NCBI GenBank assembly: GCA_023266845.1
Contig: JAHFPH010000003.1
Location: 1-59,617 of the forward strand
Length of the DNA: 59,617 bases
DNA from: Rhodospirillaceae bacterium
GTDB taxonomy: Bacteria; Pseudomonadota; Alphaproteobacteria; JAEULC01
Reading direction: 5' to 3'
The position numbers and the translations under genes are program-made. Positions 35,420-46,144 of this stretch are shown one piece after another; positions within the stretch are counted from its first letter, which is position 1, and each line of letters begins with the position of its first letter. A model generated the notes under the pieces. The model saw only the letters and a program-made list of their open reading frames with translations, had not been told where the DNA came from and did not search any database.

Positions 35420-37063
35420 ATGCCGGCGCTCAATGGCCTGATGATGGAAACGCCGCTGCTGGTGATATCGCTGCTGGAATACGCGGCGCGATACCACGGC
35501 GACACCGAGATCGTGTCGCGCACGATCGAAGGGCCGATCCACCGCTACGACTATGCGCGCTGCCTGAAGCGCACGGCGCAGCTGGCCCATGCGCTGCGGT
35601 CGCTGGGCATCGGCCAGGGCGACCGCGTCGCCACCGTGGCCTGGAACGGCTATCGCCACATGGAGCTTTACTATGCCGCGCCCGGCATCGGCGCGGTGTG
35701 CCATACCATTAACCCGCGCCTGCATCCCGACCAGATCGATTACATCGTCAATCACGCCGAGGACCGGCTGCTGTTCGTTGATCTCACGTTCGTGCCGCTG
35801 ATCGAGCGTGTGGCCCAGCGCCTCAAATCGGTCGAACATTTCGTGGTAATGACCGACGCGGCCCACATGCCCAAGACAGTGCTACCCAACGCGCTTTGTT
35901 TTGAAGACCTGGTCGCCGGCCGGCCCGAGACGTATGAGTGGCCCGAGCTCGACGAGCGCGCGGCCGCGCTGCTCTGCTACACCTCGGGCACCACGGGTAA
36001 TCCCAAGGGCGTGCTGTACAGCCACCGCTCGATGATGATCTACGCGATGAACATCTGCCTGGGGAAATCCTTCGGCTATGGCCCGACCGACGTGGTGCTG
36101 CCGGTCGTACCGATGTTCCACGTCAACGCCTGGGGCATTCCGTTCGGCGCGCCGCTGGGCGGATCGAAGCTGGTTTACCCGGGCGCCAAGCTGGACGCAG
36201 AAAACCTATTCGAGTTGCTGGACAACGAGAAGGTCACCGTCACCGCGGGCGTGCCCACGGTGTGGGCCGCGCTGATCGACTACATGCGCCGCACCAACCG
36301 GCGGCTCAACAGCATCCGCATGCTGGCGATCGGCGGGGCGGCGGCGTCGCGCGCCATGGTCGACACATTCGAGCGCGAATTCGGCATCCATGTGGTGCAT
36401 GGCTGGGGCATGACCGAGACCTCGGCCTCCGCCACCGACACGCGCCTGGCGCCGCAAGAGGCCGCCCTGCCCTACGACGACCGGCTGTTGTTCAAGACCA
36501 AGCAGGGGCGCGGGCGCTGCTTCGTCGACATAAAGGTGATCGGCGAGGACGGCACCGAGCTGCCGCGCGACGGCAAGAGCGCCGGCGAACTGTGCGTGCG
36601 CGGGCCCTGGATCGCGCGCGGCTATTACAACGACGAGGCCGCCACGCGCGCGGCGGTTGATGCCGAGGGCTGGTTGCACACCGGGGACGTCGCGACCATC
36701 GACGCGCGCGGCTATATCCAGATCGTCGACCGCAAGAAGGACATGATCAAATCGGGCGGAGAATGGATCAGCTCGATCGACCTGGAAAACGCGGCCTGCG
36801 GCTTTCCCGGCGTGGCCGAGGCCGCGGTGATCGCGCGGCCCGATCCGCGCTGGGGCGAACGGCCGCTGCTGGTGGTGCGCCCCGCCCAGGGCGCCAAAAT
36901 ACCGCCCAAGGAGATCCTGAAATACCTCGCCGACAGGGTGGCGCGCTACGCCGTGCCGGACGAGGTTGTGTTCCTGGACGAGATACCGCATACAGCCACC
37001 GGCAAGATCGCCAAGCGCGTGCTGCGCCAGCAGCTCATCGCCGATAAAAAGGGCGCCGCCTAG
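35420..37063 (+). CDS. AMP-dependent acyl-CoA synthetase (medium/long-chain fatty-acid--CoA ligase-like)
   Basis: ATG 35420. AMP motif YTSGTTGNPKGV, GWGMTE, TGD..DARGY..DRKKD, C-terminal GKI.KR. Confidence 0.9.
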   Translation: MPALNGLMMETPLLVISLLEYAARYHGDTEIVSRTIEGPIHRYDYARCLKRTAQLAHALRSLGIGQGDRVATVAWNGYRHMELYYAAPGIGAVCHTINPRLHPDQIDYIVNHAEDRLLFVDLTFVPLIERVAQRLKSVEHFVVMTDAAHMPKTVLPNALCFEDLVAGRPETYEWPELDERAAALLCYTSGTTGNPKGVLYSHRSMMIYAMNICLGKSFGYGPTDVVLPVVPMFHVNAWGIPFGAPLGGSKLVYPGAKLDAENLFELLDNEKVTVTAGVPTVWAALIDYMRRTNRRLNSIRMLAIGGAAASRAMVDTFEREFGIHVVHGWGMTETSASATDTRLAPQEAALPYDDRLLFKTKQGRGRCFVDIKVIGEDGTELPRDGKSAGELCVRGPWIARGYYNDEAATRAAVDAEGWLHTGDVATIDARGYIQIVDRKKDMIKSGGEWISSIDLENAACGFPGVAEAAVIARPDPRWGERPLLVVRPAQGAKIPPKEILKYLADRVARYAVPDEVVFLDEIPHTATGKIAKRVLRQQLIADKKGAA

Positions 37064-37089
37064 AGGATCGAAGGAAAGCAAGGCAGGTC

Positions 37090-39195
37090 ATGGCTGAAGT
37101 TCGCATCGAAAAGCGCGGCGATATCGCGGTGCTGACCCTGGATAACCCGCCGGTCAACGCGCTGGGCGTGCCGATGCTGCGCGCGCTGGCGGCGCGGCTG
37201 GACGAGGCCGTCAAGGACGCGGGCGTGAAGGCCGTGGTGATCACCGGCACCGGGCGCGTCTATGTCGGTGGCGCCGACATCCGCGAATTCGGCAAGCCGC
37301 GCCCGGCCGACGCGCCCAGTTTACGCGACGTGATTGCGACGATCGAGAACTCGCCCAAGCCCTTCGTCGCCGCGATCAACGGCCCCTGCGCCGGCGGTGG
37401 ACTGGAATTGTCGCTGGCCTGCCACGGCCGCGTTGCCGTATCCAAGGCGCGCATCGGCCTGCCCGAGGTGAAGCTGGGCCTGGTGCCCGGCGCAGGCGGC
37501 ACACAGCGCCTGCCGCGGCTGATCGGCGTCGAGCCGGCGCTGGAGATGATCGTGAACGGCGAGCTGGCTCCGGCCGACAAAGCGCTGAAACTGGGCATCG
37601 TTTCAGCGGTGAACGACGCGGACGTAGTGGGCGCGGCGATCGCCGAGGCGCGCAAGATGATCGGCAAGAAACCGGTGAAGACGAGCGCACTCGACGGCAA
37701 GATCACAGCCGCCAAGACCAAGCCCGACCTGTTCGCCAATGCGCGCAAGGAGACAGCGCGGCGCGCGCGCAACCTGGAGGCGCCGCAACGCTGCATCGAC
37801 GCGGTCGAGGCCGCCGTCACCCTGCCCTTTACAGAGGGCCTCAAGAAAGAACGCGAGATGTTCACGGCCTGCGTCGCCTCGGACCAGAGCAGGGCGCAAC
37901 GCCATGTGTTCTTCGCCGAGCGCGAGGTGGCGAAGATCCCCGACGTGCCGGCCGACACACCCACCCTGCCGATCAAGCAGGCGGGCGTGGTGGGTTGCGG
38001 CACGATGGGCGGCGGCATCGCCATGAACTTCGCCAATGCCGGGATTCCGGTGACCGTGGTCGAATCCTCGCAGGAATTGCTGGATAAGGGCCTGGGCGTC
38101 ATCCGCAAGAACTACGCCGCCACCGCCGCCAAGGGGCGCCTCACCGAGGCCGAGATGCAGAAGCGCGTGGGCCTGATTAGAGGCGCCACGTCGTTCGACG
38201 CGCTCAAGGACGCCGACGTGGTGATCGAGGCGGTGTTCGAGGAAATGGACCTGAAGAAAGAGGTGATGCGCAAGTTGGACGCGGCCTGCAAGCCGGCGGC
38301 GATCCTCGCCACCAACACCTCGACGCTGGACGTCGACGCCATCGCCGCCGTCACCAAGCGCCCGGACAAGGTGATCGGCACGCATTTCTTTAGCCCCGCC
38401 AACGTCATGCGCCTGCTGGAAAACGTGCGCGGCAAGAAATCGTCCAAGGAGACGATCGCCACGGTAATGAGCCTGGCCAAGACCATCGGCAAGGTGGGCG
38501 TGCTGGTGGGGGTGTGCGACGGCTTTGTCGGCAACCGCATGCTCTATGCCTACACACGCCAATCCAACGCGCTGATCCTGGAAGGCGCGCTGCCGCACGA
38601 AGTGGACAGGGTGATCTACGATTTCGGCTTCCCGATGGGGCCGTTCGCGATGAACGACCTGGCGGGCATCGACGTGGGCTGGCGCATTCGCAAGCGTCGC
38701 GCCGCCGAGGGGCGCGAGAACTACCGGGGCTACATCGTCGCCGACAAACTGGCGGAGATGGGCAAGTTCGGCCAGAAGACCGGCGGGGGCTGGTACAAAT
38801 ACGAGGCGGGCAACCGCACGCCGATCCCCGACCCGTTCGTCGAGGAGCTGATCCTGAAGACCGCGGCCGAGATGGGCATCAAGCGCCGCAAGATCGACGC
38901 ACAGGAAATTCTCGAACGCTGCATGTATCCGCTGATCAACGAGGGCGCGAAGATTTTGGAAGAAGGCCTGGCGTTGCGCGCCAGCGACATCGACATCATC
39001 TGGATCAACGGCTACGGCTTTCCGATCTACCGCGGCGGGCCGATGTTCTATGCCGACCAGATGGGCCTGGACAAAATCGCCGCCGTCATGCGTCGGCTGC
39101 ACGAGCAGCAAGGCGACGCCCTGAAGCCCTCGGCGCTGCTGGAACGGCTGGCGAAGGAAGGCAAGGGCTTCGCCGATCTCAAGGGGAAAGCGTGA
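37090..39195 (+). CDS. bifunctional enoyl-CoA hydratase / 3-hydroxyacyl-CoA dehydrogenase (FadB/FadJ-like)
   Basis: 701 aa. N-terminal crotonase domain (NALG.., [18 protein letters not shown]) plus an NAD domain ([16 protein letters not shown]) and C-terminal HCDH repeats. Confidence 0.92.
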   Translation: MAEVRIEKRGDIAVLTLDNPPVNALGVPMLRALAARLDEAVKDAGVKAVVITGTGRVYVGGADIREFGKPRPADAPSLRDVIATIENSPKPFVAAINGPCAGGGLELSLACHGRVAVSKARIGLPEVKLGLVPGAGGTQRLPRLIGVEPALEMIVNGELAPADKALKLGIVSAVNDADVVGAAIAEARKMIGKKPVKTSALDGKITAAKTKPDLFANARKETARRARNLEAPQRCIDAVEAAVTLPFTEGLKKEREMFTACVASDQSRAQRHVFFAEREVAKIPDVPADTPTLPIKQAGVVGCGTMGGGIAMNFANAGIPVTVVESSQELLDKGLGVIRKNYAATAAKGRLTEAEMQKRVGLIRGATSFDALKDADVVIEAVFEEMDLKKEVMRKLDAACKPAAILATNTSTLDVDAIAAVTKRPDKVIGTHFFSPANVMRLLENVRGKKSSKETIATVMSLAKTIGKVGVLVGVCDGFVGNRMLYAYTRQSNALILEGALPHEVDRVIYDFGFPMGPFAMNDLAGIDVGWRIRKRRAAEGRENYRGYIVADKLAEMGKFGQKTGGGWYKYEAGNRTPIPDPFVEELILKTAAEMGIKRRKIDAQEILERCMYPLINEGAKILEEGLALRASDIDIIWINGYGFPIYRGGPMFYADQMGLDKIAAVMRRLHEQQGDALKPSALLERLAKEGKGFADLKGKA

Positions 39196-40379
39196 TGCGC
39201 GAGGCGGTGATCGTTTCGACCGCGCGCACGCCGATCGGCAAGGCCTATCGCGGCGGCTTCAACCTGACCCACGGCGCGGCCCTGGCGGGCCATGCCATCA
39301 AGCACGCGGTGGCGCGCGCGAAGGTGGAGCCGGCGGAGATCGAGGATTGCGTCATGGGCTGCGCCATGCCCGAGGGTGCCACCGGCCACAACATCGCGCG
39401 CCAGGCCGCGATTCGTGCCGGGCTGCCCGTCACCACGGCCGGCATGACGGTCAACCGGTTTTGCAGCTCGGGCCTTCAGACCATCGCTATCGCGGCGCAG
39501 CGCGTGGTGATGGAACAGACGCCGGTGGTGGTCGCGGGCGGCCTGGAGTCGATCTCGCTGGTGCAGACCGAGCACCAGAACAAGTTCTACGGCCAGGACG
39601 ATTGGATCAAGCAGACCAAGCCCGACCTTTACATGACGATGATCGAAACGGCCGACATTGTCGCCAAACGCTACAAGGTCGGCCGCGAGAAACAGGACGA
39701 ATACGCGCTGCAAAGCCAGTTGCGCTACGCCGCCGCGCAGCAGGCCGGACGCCTGGACGACGAGATCGTGCCGATGGCCACCACCAAGCTGATGGCCGAC
39801 AAGGACAGCGGCAAAACCTGGACCGAACAGGTGACGGTGGAGCGCGACGAAGGCAACCGGCCCGACACCAACCTGCCGGGCCTAGCCAAACTGAAGCCAG
39901 TGCGCGGCGACGACCAGTTCATCACCGCCGGCAACGCCAGCCAACTATCCGACGGCGCATCGGCTTGCGTCGTTATGGAACGCAAGGAAGCCGAAAAGCG
40001 CGGCCTGCACCCCCTGGGTATTTTCCGCGGCTTCACCGTCGCGGGCTGCGAGCCAGACGAGATGGGCATCGGCCCGGTGTTCGCCGTGCCGCGCCTGCTG
40101 CAGCGCCACGGGTTGAAGATCGGCGACATCGATTTGTGGGAATTGAACGAGGCCTTCGCGGTGCAGGTGATCTATTGCCGCGATCGCCTGGGCATTCCCA
40201 ACGATAAGCTGAACGTCGATGGCGGCTCGATCGCCATCGGCCACCCCTACGGCATGTCGGGCGCCAGGCTTACCGGCCATGCGCTGATCGAAGGCAAGCG
40301 GCGCGGCGCCAAGTACTGCGTCGTCACGATGTGCATCGGCGGCGGCATGGGCGCGGCCGGACTGTTCGAGGTCGCGTGA
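39195..40379 (+). CDS. acetyl-CoA C-acyltransferase (thiolase)
   Basis: ATG 39195 overlaps the FadB-like stop (TGATG). Motifs: RTPIGKA, active-site [31 protein letters not shown]. Confidence 0.92.
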   Translation: MREAVIVSTARTPIGKAYRGGFNLTHGAALAGHAIKHAVARAKVEPAEIEDCVMGCAMPEGATGHNIARQAAIRAGLPVTTAGMTVNRFCSSGLQTIAIAAQRVVMEQTPVVVAGGLESISLVQTEHQNKFYGQDDWIKQTKPDLYMTMIETADIVAKRYKVGREKQDEYALQSQLRYAAAQQAGRLDDEIVPMATTKLMADKDSGKTWTEQVTVERDEGNRPDTNLPGLAKLKPVRGDDQFITAGNASQLSDGASACVVMERKEAEKRGLHPLGIFRGFTVAGCEPDEMGIGPVFAVPRLLQRHGLKIGDIDLWELNEAFAVQVIYCRDRLGIPNDKLNVDGGSIAIGHPYGMSGARLTGHALIEGKRRGAKYCVVTMCIGGGMGAAGLFEVA

Positions 40380-40387
40380 ACCCGGCG

Positions 40388-41179
40388 TCAGCTATACCGG
40401 CCGCCGGAGATCGTGGCCCCGCCGTCCACGGTGAACACCTGGCCGGTGATGAAATTGCCGGCGCGCGCGGCCAGCATCACCGCTACGCCCGCGACCTCGT
40501 CGGGCTCGCCGATGCGGCCCAGCGGATAGGTCTCGACCGCCTGCTTGTAGGTCTCGGGATTTTCCCACAGGGCGCGCGCGAAATCCGTGCGCACGATGCC
40601 CGGGGCGATGCAGTTGGTGCGGATATTGTGCCCGCCCCACTCCACCGCCAGGTTGCGCGCGAGCTGGAAGTCCGCCGCCTTGCTGAGGCCGTAGATGCCC
40701 AGCTTGTTGTGCCCCTTCATGCCGCCGATCGACGAGACGATGATCACCACGCCGTCCTTGCGCTCGGCCATGCCGGGCAGCACCTTGTTGCAGAGCCACA
40801 GGTTGCTTTTGACGTTGGTGTCCATGATCTTGTCGTAGGCGTCCTCGGTGATCGTGGACATCGGCCCGTAATGCGGATTGACCGCGGCGTTGCACACCAG
40901 AACGTCGATCTTGCCCCAATGCTTGATCGTGGCGTCGACCAGTTGGTCGAGCTCGGGCAGGCGCGAGATGTTGCAGGCCAGCGCGTGGGCGTGGCCGCCG
41001 CCGGCGCGGATTTTGGCCGCGACTTCCTCGCACGGGCCGATCTTGCGGCTGGAGATCACGACCTTGGCGCCATGCGCGGCCATGGCCTCGGCGATCGCCT
41101 TGCCGATGCCGCGCGACGAGCCGGTGATAAGGGCGACCTTGCCGGAAAGATCGAACAGGGTGGAACTCATGCGGCCCAT
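40388..41179 (-). CDS. SDR-family oxidoreductase
   Basis: 263 aa. Motifs: GKVALITGSSRGIGKAIA, NAAV, Y-x3-K (YGLSK). Alternative ATG at 41170. Converges on the thiolase gene with an 8-nt gap. Confidence 0.88.
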   Translation of the reverse strand: MGRMSSTLFDLSGKVALITGSSRGIGKAIAEAMAAHGAKVVISSRKIGPCEEVAAKIRAGGGHAHALACNISRLPELDQLVDATIKHWGKIDVLVCNAAVNPHYGPMSTITEDAYDKIMDTNVKSNLWLCNKVLPGMAERKDGVVIIVSSIGGMKGHNKLGIYGLSKAADFQLARNLAVEWGGHNIRTNCIAPGIVRTDFARALWENPETYKQAVETYPLGRIGEPDEVAGVAVMLAARAGNFITGQVFTVDGGATISGGRYS

Positions 41180-41214
41180 GATAGCCGAACGCCGGCCGGG
41201 CCGGGAGGTGCGAC

Positions 41215-42411
41215 ATGCGGATGAAACTTGACGCGGCGCATAGCAGGTTCCGCGACGAGGTGCGGCAGTTCCTCGATACCGGCGTTCCGCTCGATCTGCG
41301 CGACAAATGCGAGGCGGGCAAACGGCCGTCGAAGGACGATCACGTGCGCTGGCAGCGCGTTCTTTATGAGAAGGGCTGGATGGCCCCGGGCTGGCCGGTC
41401 GAGCATGGCGGCACGGGCTGGACGCCCCTGCAACGCGTGATCTTCGACACCGAGTTGGGCGCCACGCCCGCGCCGCCGGTCATCGCCTTCGGCGTCACCA
41501 TGGTGGCGCCGGTGATCATCGCCTTCGGCAGCGACGCGCAGAAGAAGAAATACCTGCCGCGCATCCTGAAAAGCGAGGATTGGTGGTGCCAGGGTTATTC
41601 CGAATCCGAGGCGGGATCGGATCTCGCCTCGCTCAAGACCCGCGCGATGGCGGATGGCGACCACTATATCGTCAACGGTTCCAAGACCTGGACCACCTAC
41701 GCGCAATACGCCGACATGATGTTCTTCCTGGTGCGCACCGGCGGCGACGGCAAGAAACAGGACGGCATCTCGTTCCTGCTGATGGACATGCATCAACCCG
41801 GCGTGACGGTGCACCCGATCATAACGATGGACGGCGGCGACGAGATCAACTCCGTGTTCTTCGACAACGTGCGCGTGCCCAAGGCCAATCTGATCGGCGA
41901 GGAAGGCAAAGGCTGGACCTATGCCAAATACCTGCTGGCGCATGAACGCACGAACATCGCGCGGGTCGGCCTGTCGACGCGCCTGCTGGCGAAGCTGAAG
42001 CGCATCGCCGCCGAGGAACAGATGAAAGGCAGACCGTTGCTCGACGACCCCGCGTTCCGCGCCAGGATCGCGGCGGTCGAGATCGATCTACTGGCGCTGG
42101 AATCGGCGGTCGTGCGCGCCGTGTCGGGCGACAAGACGGGTAAGCCGCCCGGCCCCGAATCCTCGATGCTCAAGATCAAGGGCTCGCTGATCCAGCAGGA
42201 TCTAACCGAACTTTTGACCGAGGCGGTAGGCGCCTATGCGCTGCCCTATCAGCCCGAATGGTTCGAGCCGGGCTGGAACGGCGAGCCGGTGGGGCCGGAC
42301 TACGCGCTCGGGTTGGCCTCGACTTACATCAACTGGCGCAAAGTTTCGATCTACGGCGGCTCGAACGAAATCCAGCGCAACATCATCGCCAAGCAGATTT
42401 TGGGATTCTAG
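41215..42411 (+). CDS. acyl-CoA dehydrogenase family protein (larger partner of an adjacent pair)
   Basis: 398 aa. GGGAGG RBS. Motifs: GYSESEAGSDLASL, NGSKTWTT, LLAHERTN, C-terminal IYGGSNEIQRNIIA. Confidence 0.9.
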   Translation: MRMKLDAAHSRFRDEVRQFLDTGVPLDLRDKCEAGKRPSKDDHVRWQRVLYEKGWMAPGWPVEHGGTGWTPLQRVIFDTELGATPAPPVIAFGVTMVAPVIIAFGSDAQKKKYLPRILKSEDWWCQGYSESEAGSDLASLKTRAMADGDHYIVNGSKTWTTYAQYADMMFFLVRTGGDGKKQDGISFLLMDMHQPGVTVHPIITMDGGDEINSVFFDNVRVPKANLIGEEGKGWTYAKYLLAHERTNIARVGLSTRLLAKLKRIAAEEQMKGRPLLDDPAFRARIAAVEIDLLALESAVVRAVSGDKTGKPPGPESSMLKIKGSLIQQDLTELLTEAVGAYALPYQPEWFEPGWNGEPVGPDYALGLASTYINWRKVSIYGGSNEIQRNIIAKQILGF

Positions 42412-42426
42412 AGCGGGCGCCCGGCG

Positions 42427-43554
42427 ATGGATTTGTCCCTCAACGACGAGCAACAGCTTCTCGCCGACAGCGTCGCCCGCTTCTTCGCCAAGACCTATAC
42501 CGTCGAGCGCAGGCGCGCGCTGGTGGCGAGCGAGCTGGGCTATGCCCGCGAGAACTGGAAGCAGTTCGCCGAGCTTGGGTGGCTCGGCATCGGTATACCG
42601 GAGGATCTGGGCGGGATCGGCGGCGGGCCGGTCGAAACCATGATCGTGATGGAGGGCATCGGCCGCCATTTGGTGGCCGAGCCTTATTTGGCCAGCGCGG
42701 TGATCGGCGGCGCGTTACTGAGCCGGGGCGGCAACGGTGCCGCCGATCTGCTGGTCGATCTCGCCGCCGGCAATTTGACCCTGGCGCTGGCACATGGCGA
42801 GCCCAAATCGCGCTTCGACCTGGCGCATGTGGAAACGCGCGCCGCACGCGAGGGCAACGGATTCAAGCTTACCGGGCACAAGGCCGTCGTGCAGCACGCG
42901 CCAAGCGCGGATCGGCTGATCGTCTCGGCGCGGACCTCCGGCAACGTCGCCACCGCCGACGGCATCACCTTGTTCCTGCTCCCCGCCAAGACCCCGGGGA
43001 TGACGCTCGCGCCCTATCGCACGGTCGACGGGTTGCGCGCGGCGGACGTGAAGCTGGATGGCGTCGTGGTGGGCGCGGACCAAGTGCTGGGACCGGTCGA
43101 TGGCGGCCACGCGCTGGTCGAAAGCGCGGTCGAGAAAGCCATCGTCGCGCTTTCAGCCGAGGCGGTGGGCGCGATGGAAGCGCTGCTGGCGCTGACCAAG
43201 GAATACCTCAAGACGCGCAAGCAGTTCGGCGTGCCGATTGGCAGCTTCCAGGTTCTGCAGCATCGCCTCGTCGATATGTTCATGGCGCTGGAACTGGCGC
43301 GTTCGACCGCCGAGACGGCTTCGCGCGCGCTTTCCGATCCCGACCCGCGCTATCGCGCCCGCGCCGCGGCGGCGGCCAAGGTGCAGGCCGGGCGCGCCGG
43401 ACGCCTGGTGGCGCAGGAAGCCGTGCAGTTGCACGGCGGCATGGGCATGACCGACGAGCTGGCGGTCGGCCATTACTTCAAGCGCCTGATGGCGATCGAC
43501 GTCTGCTTCGGCAACGCCGACTGGCACCAGCGCCGTTTCGCCGACCTCGCTTAA
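42427..43554 (+). CDS. acyl-CoA dehydrogenase family protein (smaller, more divergent partner)
   Basis: 375 aa, ACAD fold throughout (LGWLGIGIPEDLGG, FQVLQHRLVDM, LHGGMGMTDE). The usual E-P-x-AGSD and terminal Y-E-G-T-type blocks are degenerate (HGEPKSRFD, CFGNADWHQ). Confidence 0.88.
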   Translation: MDLSLNDEQQLLADSVARFFAKTYTVERRRALVASELGYARENWKQFAELGWLGIGIPEDLGGIGGGPVETMIVMEGIGRHLVAEPYLASAVIGGALLSRGGNGAADLLVDLAAGNLTLALAHGEPKSRFDLAHVETRAAREGNGFKLTGHKAVVQHAPSADRLIVSARTSGNVATADGITLFLLPAKTPGMTLAPYRTVDGLRAADVKLDGVVVGADQVLGPVDGGHALVESAVEKAIVALSAEAVGAMEALLALTKEYLKTRKQFGVPIGSFQVLQHRLVDMFMALELARSTAETASRALSDPDPRYRARAAAAAKVQAGRAGRLVAQEAVQLHGGMGMTDELAVGHYFKRLMAIDVCFGNADWHQRRFADLA

Positions 43555-43582
43555 GCAGTGTGATCCGCGTTAGGATCGGCGC

Positions 43583-45031
43583 ATGAACGCCCCGCTGATG
43601 CTGCACAATTGCCTTCTGGTTTTGCCCGAGACCGATGCGCGCGCGCCCCTTAGCCGGGGCGCGGTGCTGATCGAGGACGGGCGTATCGCGGCGGTCGCCA
43701 CCGGCGGCGGCACAGCCGCGCTCGCTTCCCGCGCGGCCGAAAAGATCGATCTCGGCGGCCAGGTGCTGATGCCGGGCCTGGTCAACGCGCACTGCCATTC
43801 CTACGCCAACGCGATGCGCGGCACCGAGAACAGTCTGCCGCTGGAGCAATGGGCGCTCTATACCTCGGCCTATGGGCGCAGCCTCAGCGAGGAAGCGATC
43901 CGCGTCTCGATCCTTTTGGGCGCGGCCGAGATGCTGCGCGCGGGCGTGACCGCCGTGCTGGATCATTTTCCGCATGTCGCGCGCAGCGACACCGCGCTTC
44001 AGGCGCATCACGATACCGGCATGCGCGTGGGCTTCGCGCCGTTCATGCACGATCTGCACGATCACACGATCCTGGATGTCGAGCTGCCCGAGGAGCTGCG
44101 CCGGCGCGTGGAAGGCGCGCGCCGCCCGACCGGCGAGGAATACGGCGCGCTGTTCCGCCGGCTGAAAAAGGATTGGCACGGCAAGGATAGGCGCATTTCC
44201 ATCTTCCTTGGCCCCAACGCGCCGCAGCGCTGCTCTAACCCGCTGTGGCGGGCCTGGCGCGACCTGGCGGCGGAGCTGGATCTGGGGGCGCATACGCATC
44301 TCTTGGAGACGCGACCGCAGTCGCGCGCAGGCAAGAGCAAATACCAGGGCGGCATCGTGCCCGAGATGAAGCGTCGCGGCGTGCTGAACGACCGCCTGTC
44401 CGTGGCGCACGGCATCTGGCCCACGGCCGACGAGCGCGCGCTCTTGGCCGACCACGGCGTGGCCGTGGTGCACAACCCGGCCAGCAACCTGATGCTGGGC
44501 AGCGGCCACATGCCGCTCGAGGATTACCGCAAGCGCGGCGTGACCATCGCGCTCGGCAGCGATTCGGCCAATACCGGCGGCAGGCAGGACATATTCGAGA
44601 TCATGCGCCTGGCCATGATGCTGCACCGGCCGGCGATCACCGACCCGGTCCGCTGGCCCGACGCGCGCGAGGCGCTGGGCTGGGCGACCCAGGGCGGCGC
44701 GCGCGTGCTGTGCATGGCGCACGAGCTCGGCCGCATCGAACAGGGCTGCCGCGCCGATTTGGCGGTGATCGACCTCGGCGGCGCCGGCATGGCGGCGCTG
44801 ATCCCCAATCTCACCGCCCTGGTGCAGCAGGGCGGGCCCGAAGCCGTGACCGGGACGATGGTGGATGGTCGCTGGCTTTATCGCGACGGCAAGGTGCTGG
44901 CGTTCGACGAGGGCGCGGCGCTTACGCGCTTCGCCGCCTTGCGCGCGGAGATCGTTGCCCGCGCGCGCGACGAAGTGGCCACGGCCGACCAAGCGGTGGG
45001 CTATTTCGCCGGATTGGCGGCCCGCGCCTAG
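43583..45031 (+). CDS. amidohydrolase-superfamily protein (aminohydrolase/deaminase/chlorohydrolase-like)
   Basis: 482 aa. Metal motif PGLVNAHCHS, later HLLE, VAHG and GSD blocks, as in the TrzA/AtzA/guanine-deaminase-type subgroup. Confidence 0.85.
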   Translation: MNAPLMLHNCLLVLPETDARAPLSRGAVLIEDGRIAAVATGGGTAALASRAAEKIDLGGQVLMPGLVNAHCHSYANAMRGTENSLPLEQWALYTSAYGRSLSEEAIRVSILLGAAEMLRAGVTAVLDHFPHVARSDTALQAHHDTGMRVGFAPFMHDLHDHTILDVELPEELRRRVEGARRPTGEEYGALFRRLKKDWHGKDRRISIFLGPNAPQRCSNPLWRAWRDLAAELDLGAHTHLLETRPQSRAGKSKYQGGIVPEMKRRGVLNDRLSVAHGIWPTADERALLADHGVAVVHNPASNLMLGSGHMPLEDYRKRGVTIALGSDSANTGGRQDIFEIMRLAMMLHRPAITDPVRWPDAREALGWATQGGARVLCMAHELGRIEQGCRADLAVIDLGGAGMAALIPNLTALVQQGGPEAVTGTMVDGRWLYRDGKVLAFDEGAALTRFAALRAEIVARARDEVATADQAVGYFAGLAARA

Positions 45032-45363
45032 GCTTTCGGGCGTTGCGCCGTCGCTGCGACGATGGGATGATCCTTGCCGGTGGCGTATTTCGGCCCCGCT
45101 CCTCCCGGCGCGCCCCAGCCCGTGACCTGGGGCCCGAAGAATTCGGCGTTGGCGGCGATGAACCGTTTCTGGTTTTCCGGCACGTCGATATCGCCGTAGA
45201 TCGCCTGCACCGGGCAGACCGACAGGCACAGCGCGCAGTTGATGCATTCGTCGGGCTGGATATAGAGCATCCGCCCGCCCTCGTAGATGCATTCCACCGG
45301 GCAGACCTTGACGCAGGTCCCGTCCTTCACGTCGATGCATGTCTCGGTGATGACATAGGCCAT
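45028..45363 (-). CDS. fdxA: 7Fe ferredoxin (FdxA type, [3Fe-4S][4Fe-4S])
   Basis: 111 aa. MAYVITETCIDVKDGTCVKVCPVECIY..PDECINCALCLSVCPVQAI matches the cysteine pattern of Azotobacter-type ferredoxin I. Confidence 0.9.
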   Translation of the reverse strand: MAYVITETCIDVKDGTCVKVCPVECIYEGGRMLYIQPDECINCALCLSVCPVQAIYGDIDVPENQKRFIAANAEFFGPQVTGWGAPGGAGPKYATGKDHPIVAATAQRPKA

Positions 45364-45370
45364 GGGCGGC

Positions 45371-46144
45371 CTATTCGCCGCGCCAGCGCGGCGGGCGTTT
45401 TTCGCGGAAGGCCTGAACGCCTTCGTCCTGGTCCTTGCTGTGCAGCGCCGCGATCAGCGCCGGCAGCTTGGCGTTGCGCGCCTCGGCGGCCGTGAGATGC
45501 GCGGTGCGGCGCACGGTCTGCTTGACGGCGCGGATCGACAGCGGCGCACAGGCCAGAATCTCGGTGAGCCACCGTCCGACCGCCGCGTCGAGCTCGGCGC
45601 GCGGCACAACCTCGTTGACGATGCCGAGCTCGAGCGCCTCGCGCGCCTTGACGCGCCGCCCGGTCATCAGCACACCCATCGCCGCGCGGAACGGGATTTG
45701 CCGCTGCAGCAGCACCATGCCGCCGTCCAGCGGAATGCGGCCGAGCCGCGGTTCGGGAAAGGCGAAGGTCGCCTCTTCCGCCGCCACCACGATGTCGCAG
45801 CCCAGCACGGTTTCGAACCCGCCGCCCAGCGCGTGGCCGTTGACCCGCGCGATCACCGGCACGTCGAGGGTCTGGCGCAGCGCGATGCCGGCGAAACCGT
45901 TGGGCCGCGAATCGGCCCAGTATTCCAGGCCGGTCTTCGAGGCGTTCTTGACGTCGGCCCCGGCGCAGAACGCGCGGTCGCCCGCGCCGGTCAGCACCAC
46001 GGCGCGCACTTCGTTGTCGCCCTCGATCTTCTGCCAGATGCGCTCGAGCTCGGCTTCGGTTGCCGCGTCGATCGCGTTCATCACCTCGGGTCGATCGATG
46101 GTGACGCGCGCGACGTGGTCCTTGACCTCGAAGCGGACGGTCAC
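45371..46144 (-). CDS. enoyl-CoA hydratase/isomerase (crotonase) family protein
   Basis: C-terminal ~257 codons of the 439-aa track ORF. Proposed start is GTG 46144, overlapping the CoA-transferase stop (GTGA). Motifs: VARVTIDRPEVMNAI, VLTGAGDRAFCAGADV, GHALGGGFE. Confidence 0.85.
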   Translation of the reverse strand: MTVRFEVKDHVARVTIDRPEVMNAIDAATEAELERIWQKIEGDNEVRAVVLTGAGDRAFCAGADVKNASKTGLEYWADSRPNGFAGIALRQTLDVPVIARVNGHALGGGFETVLGCDIVVAAEEATFAFPEPRLGRIPLDGGMVLLQRQIPFRAAMGVLMTGRRVKAREALELGIVNEVVPRAELDAAVGRWLTEILACAPLSIRAVKQTVRRTAHLTAAEARNAKLPALIAALHSKDQDEGVQAFREKRPPRWRGE

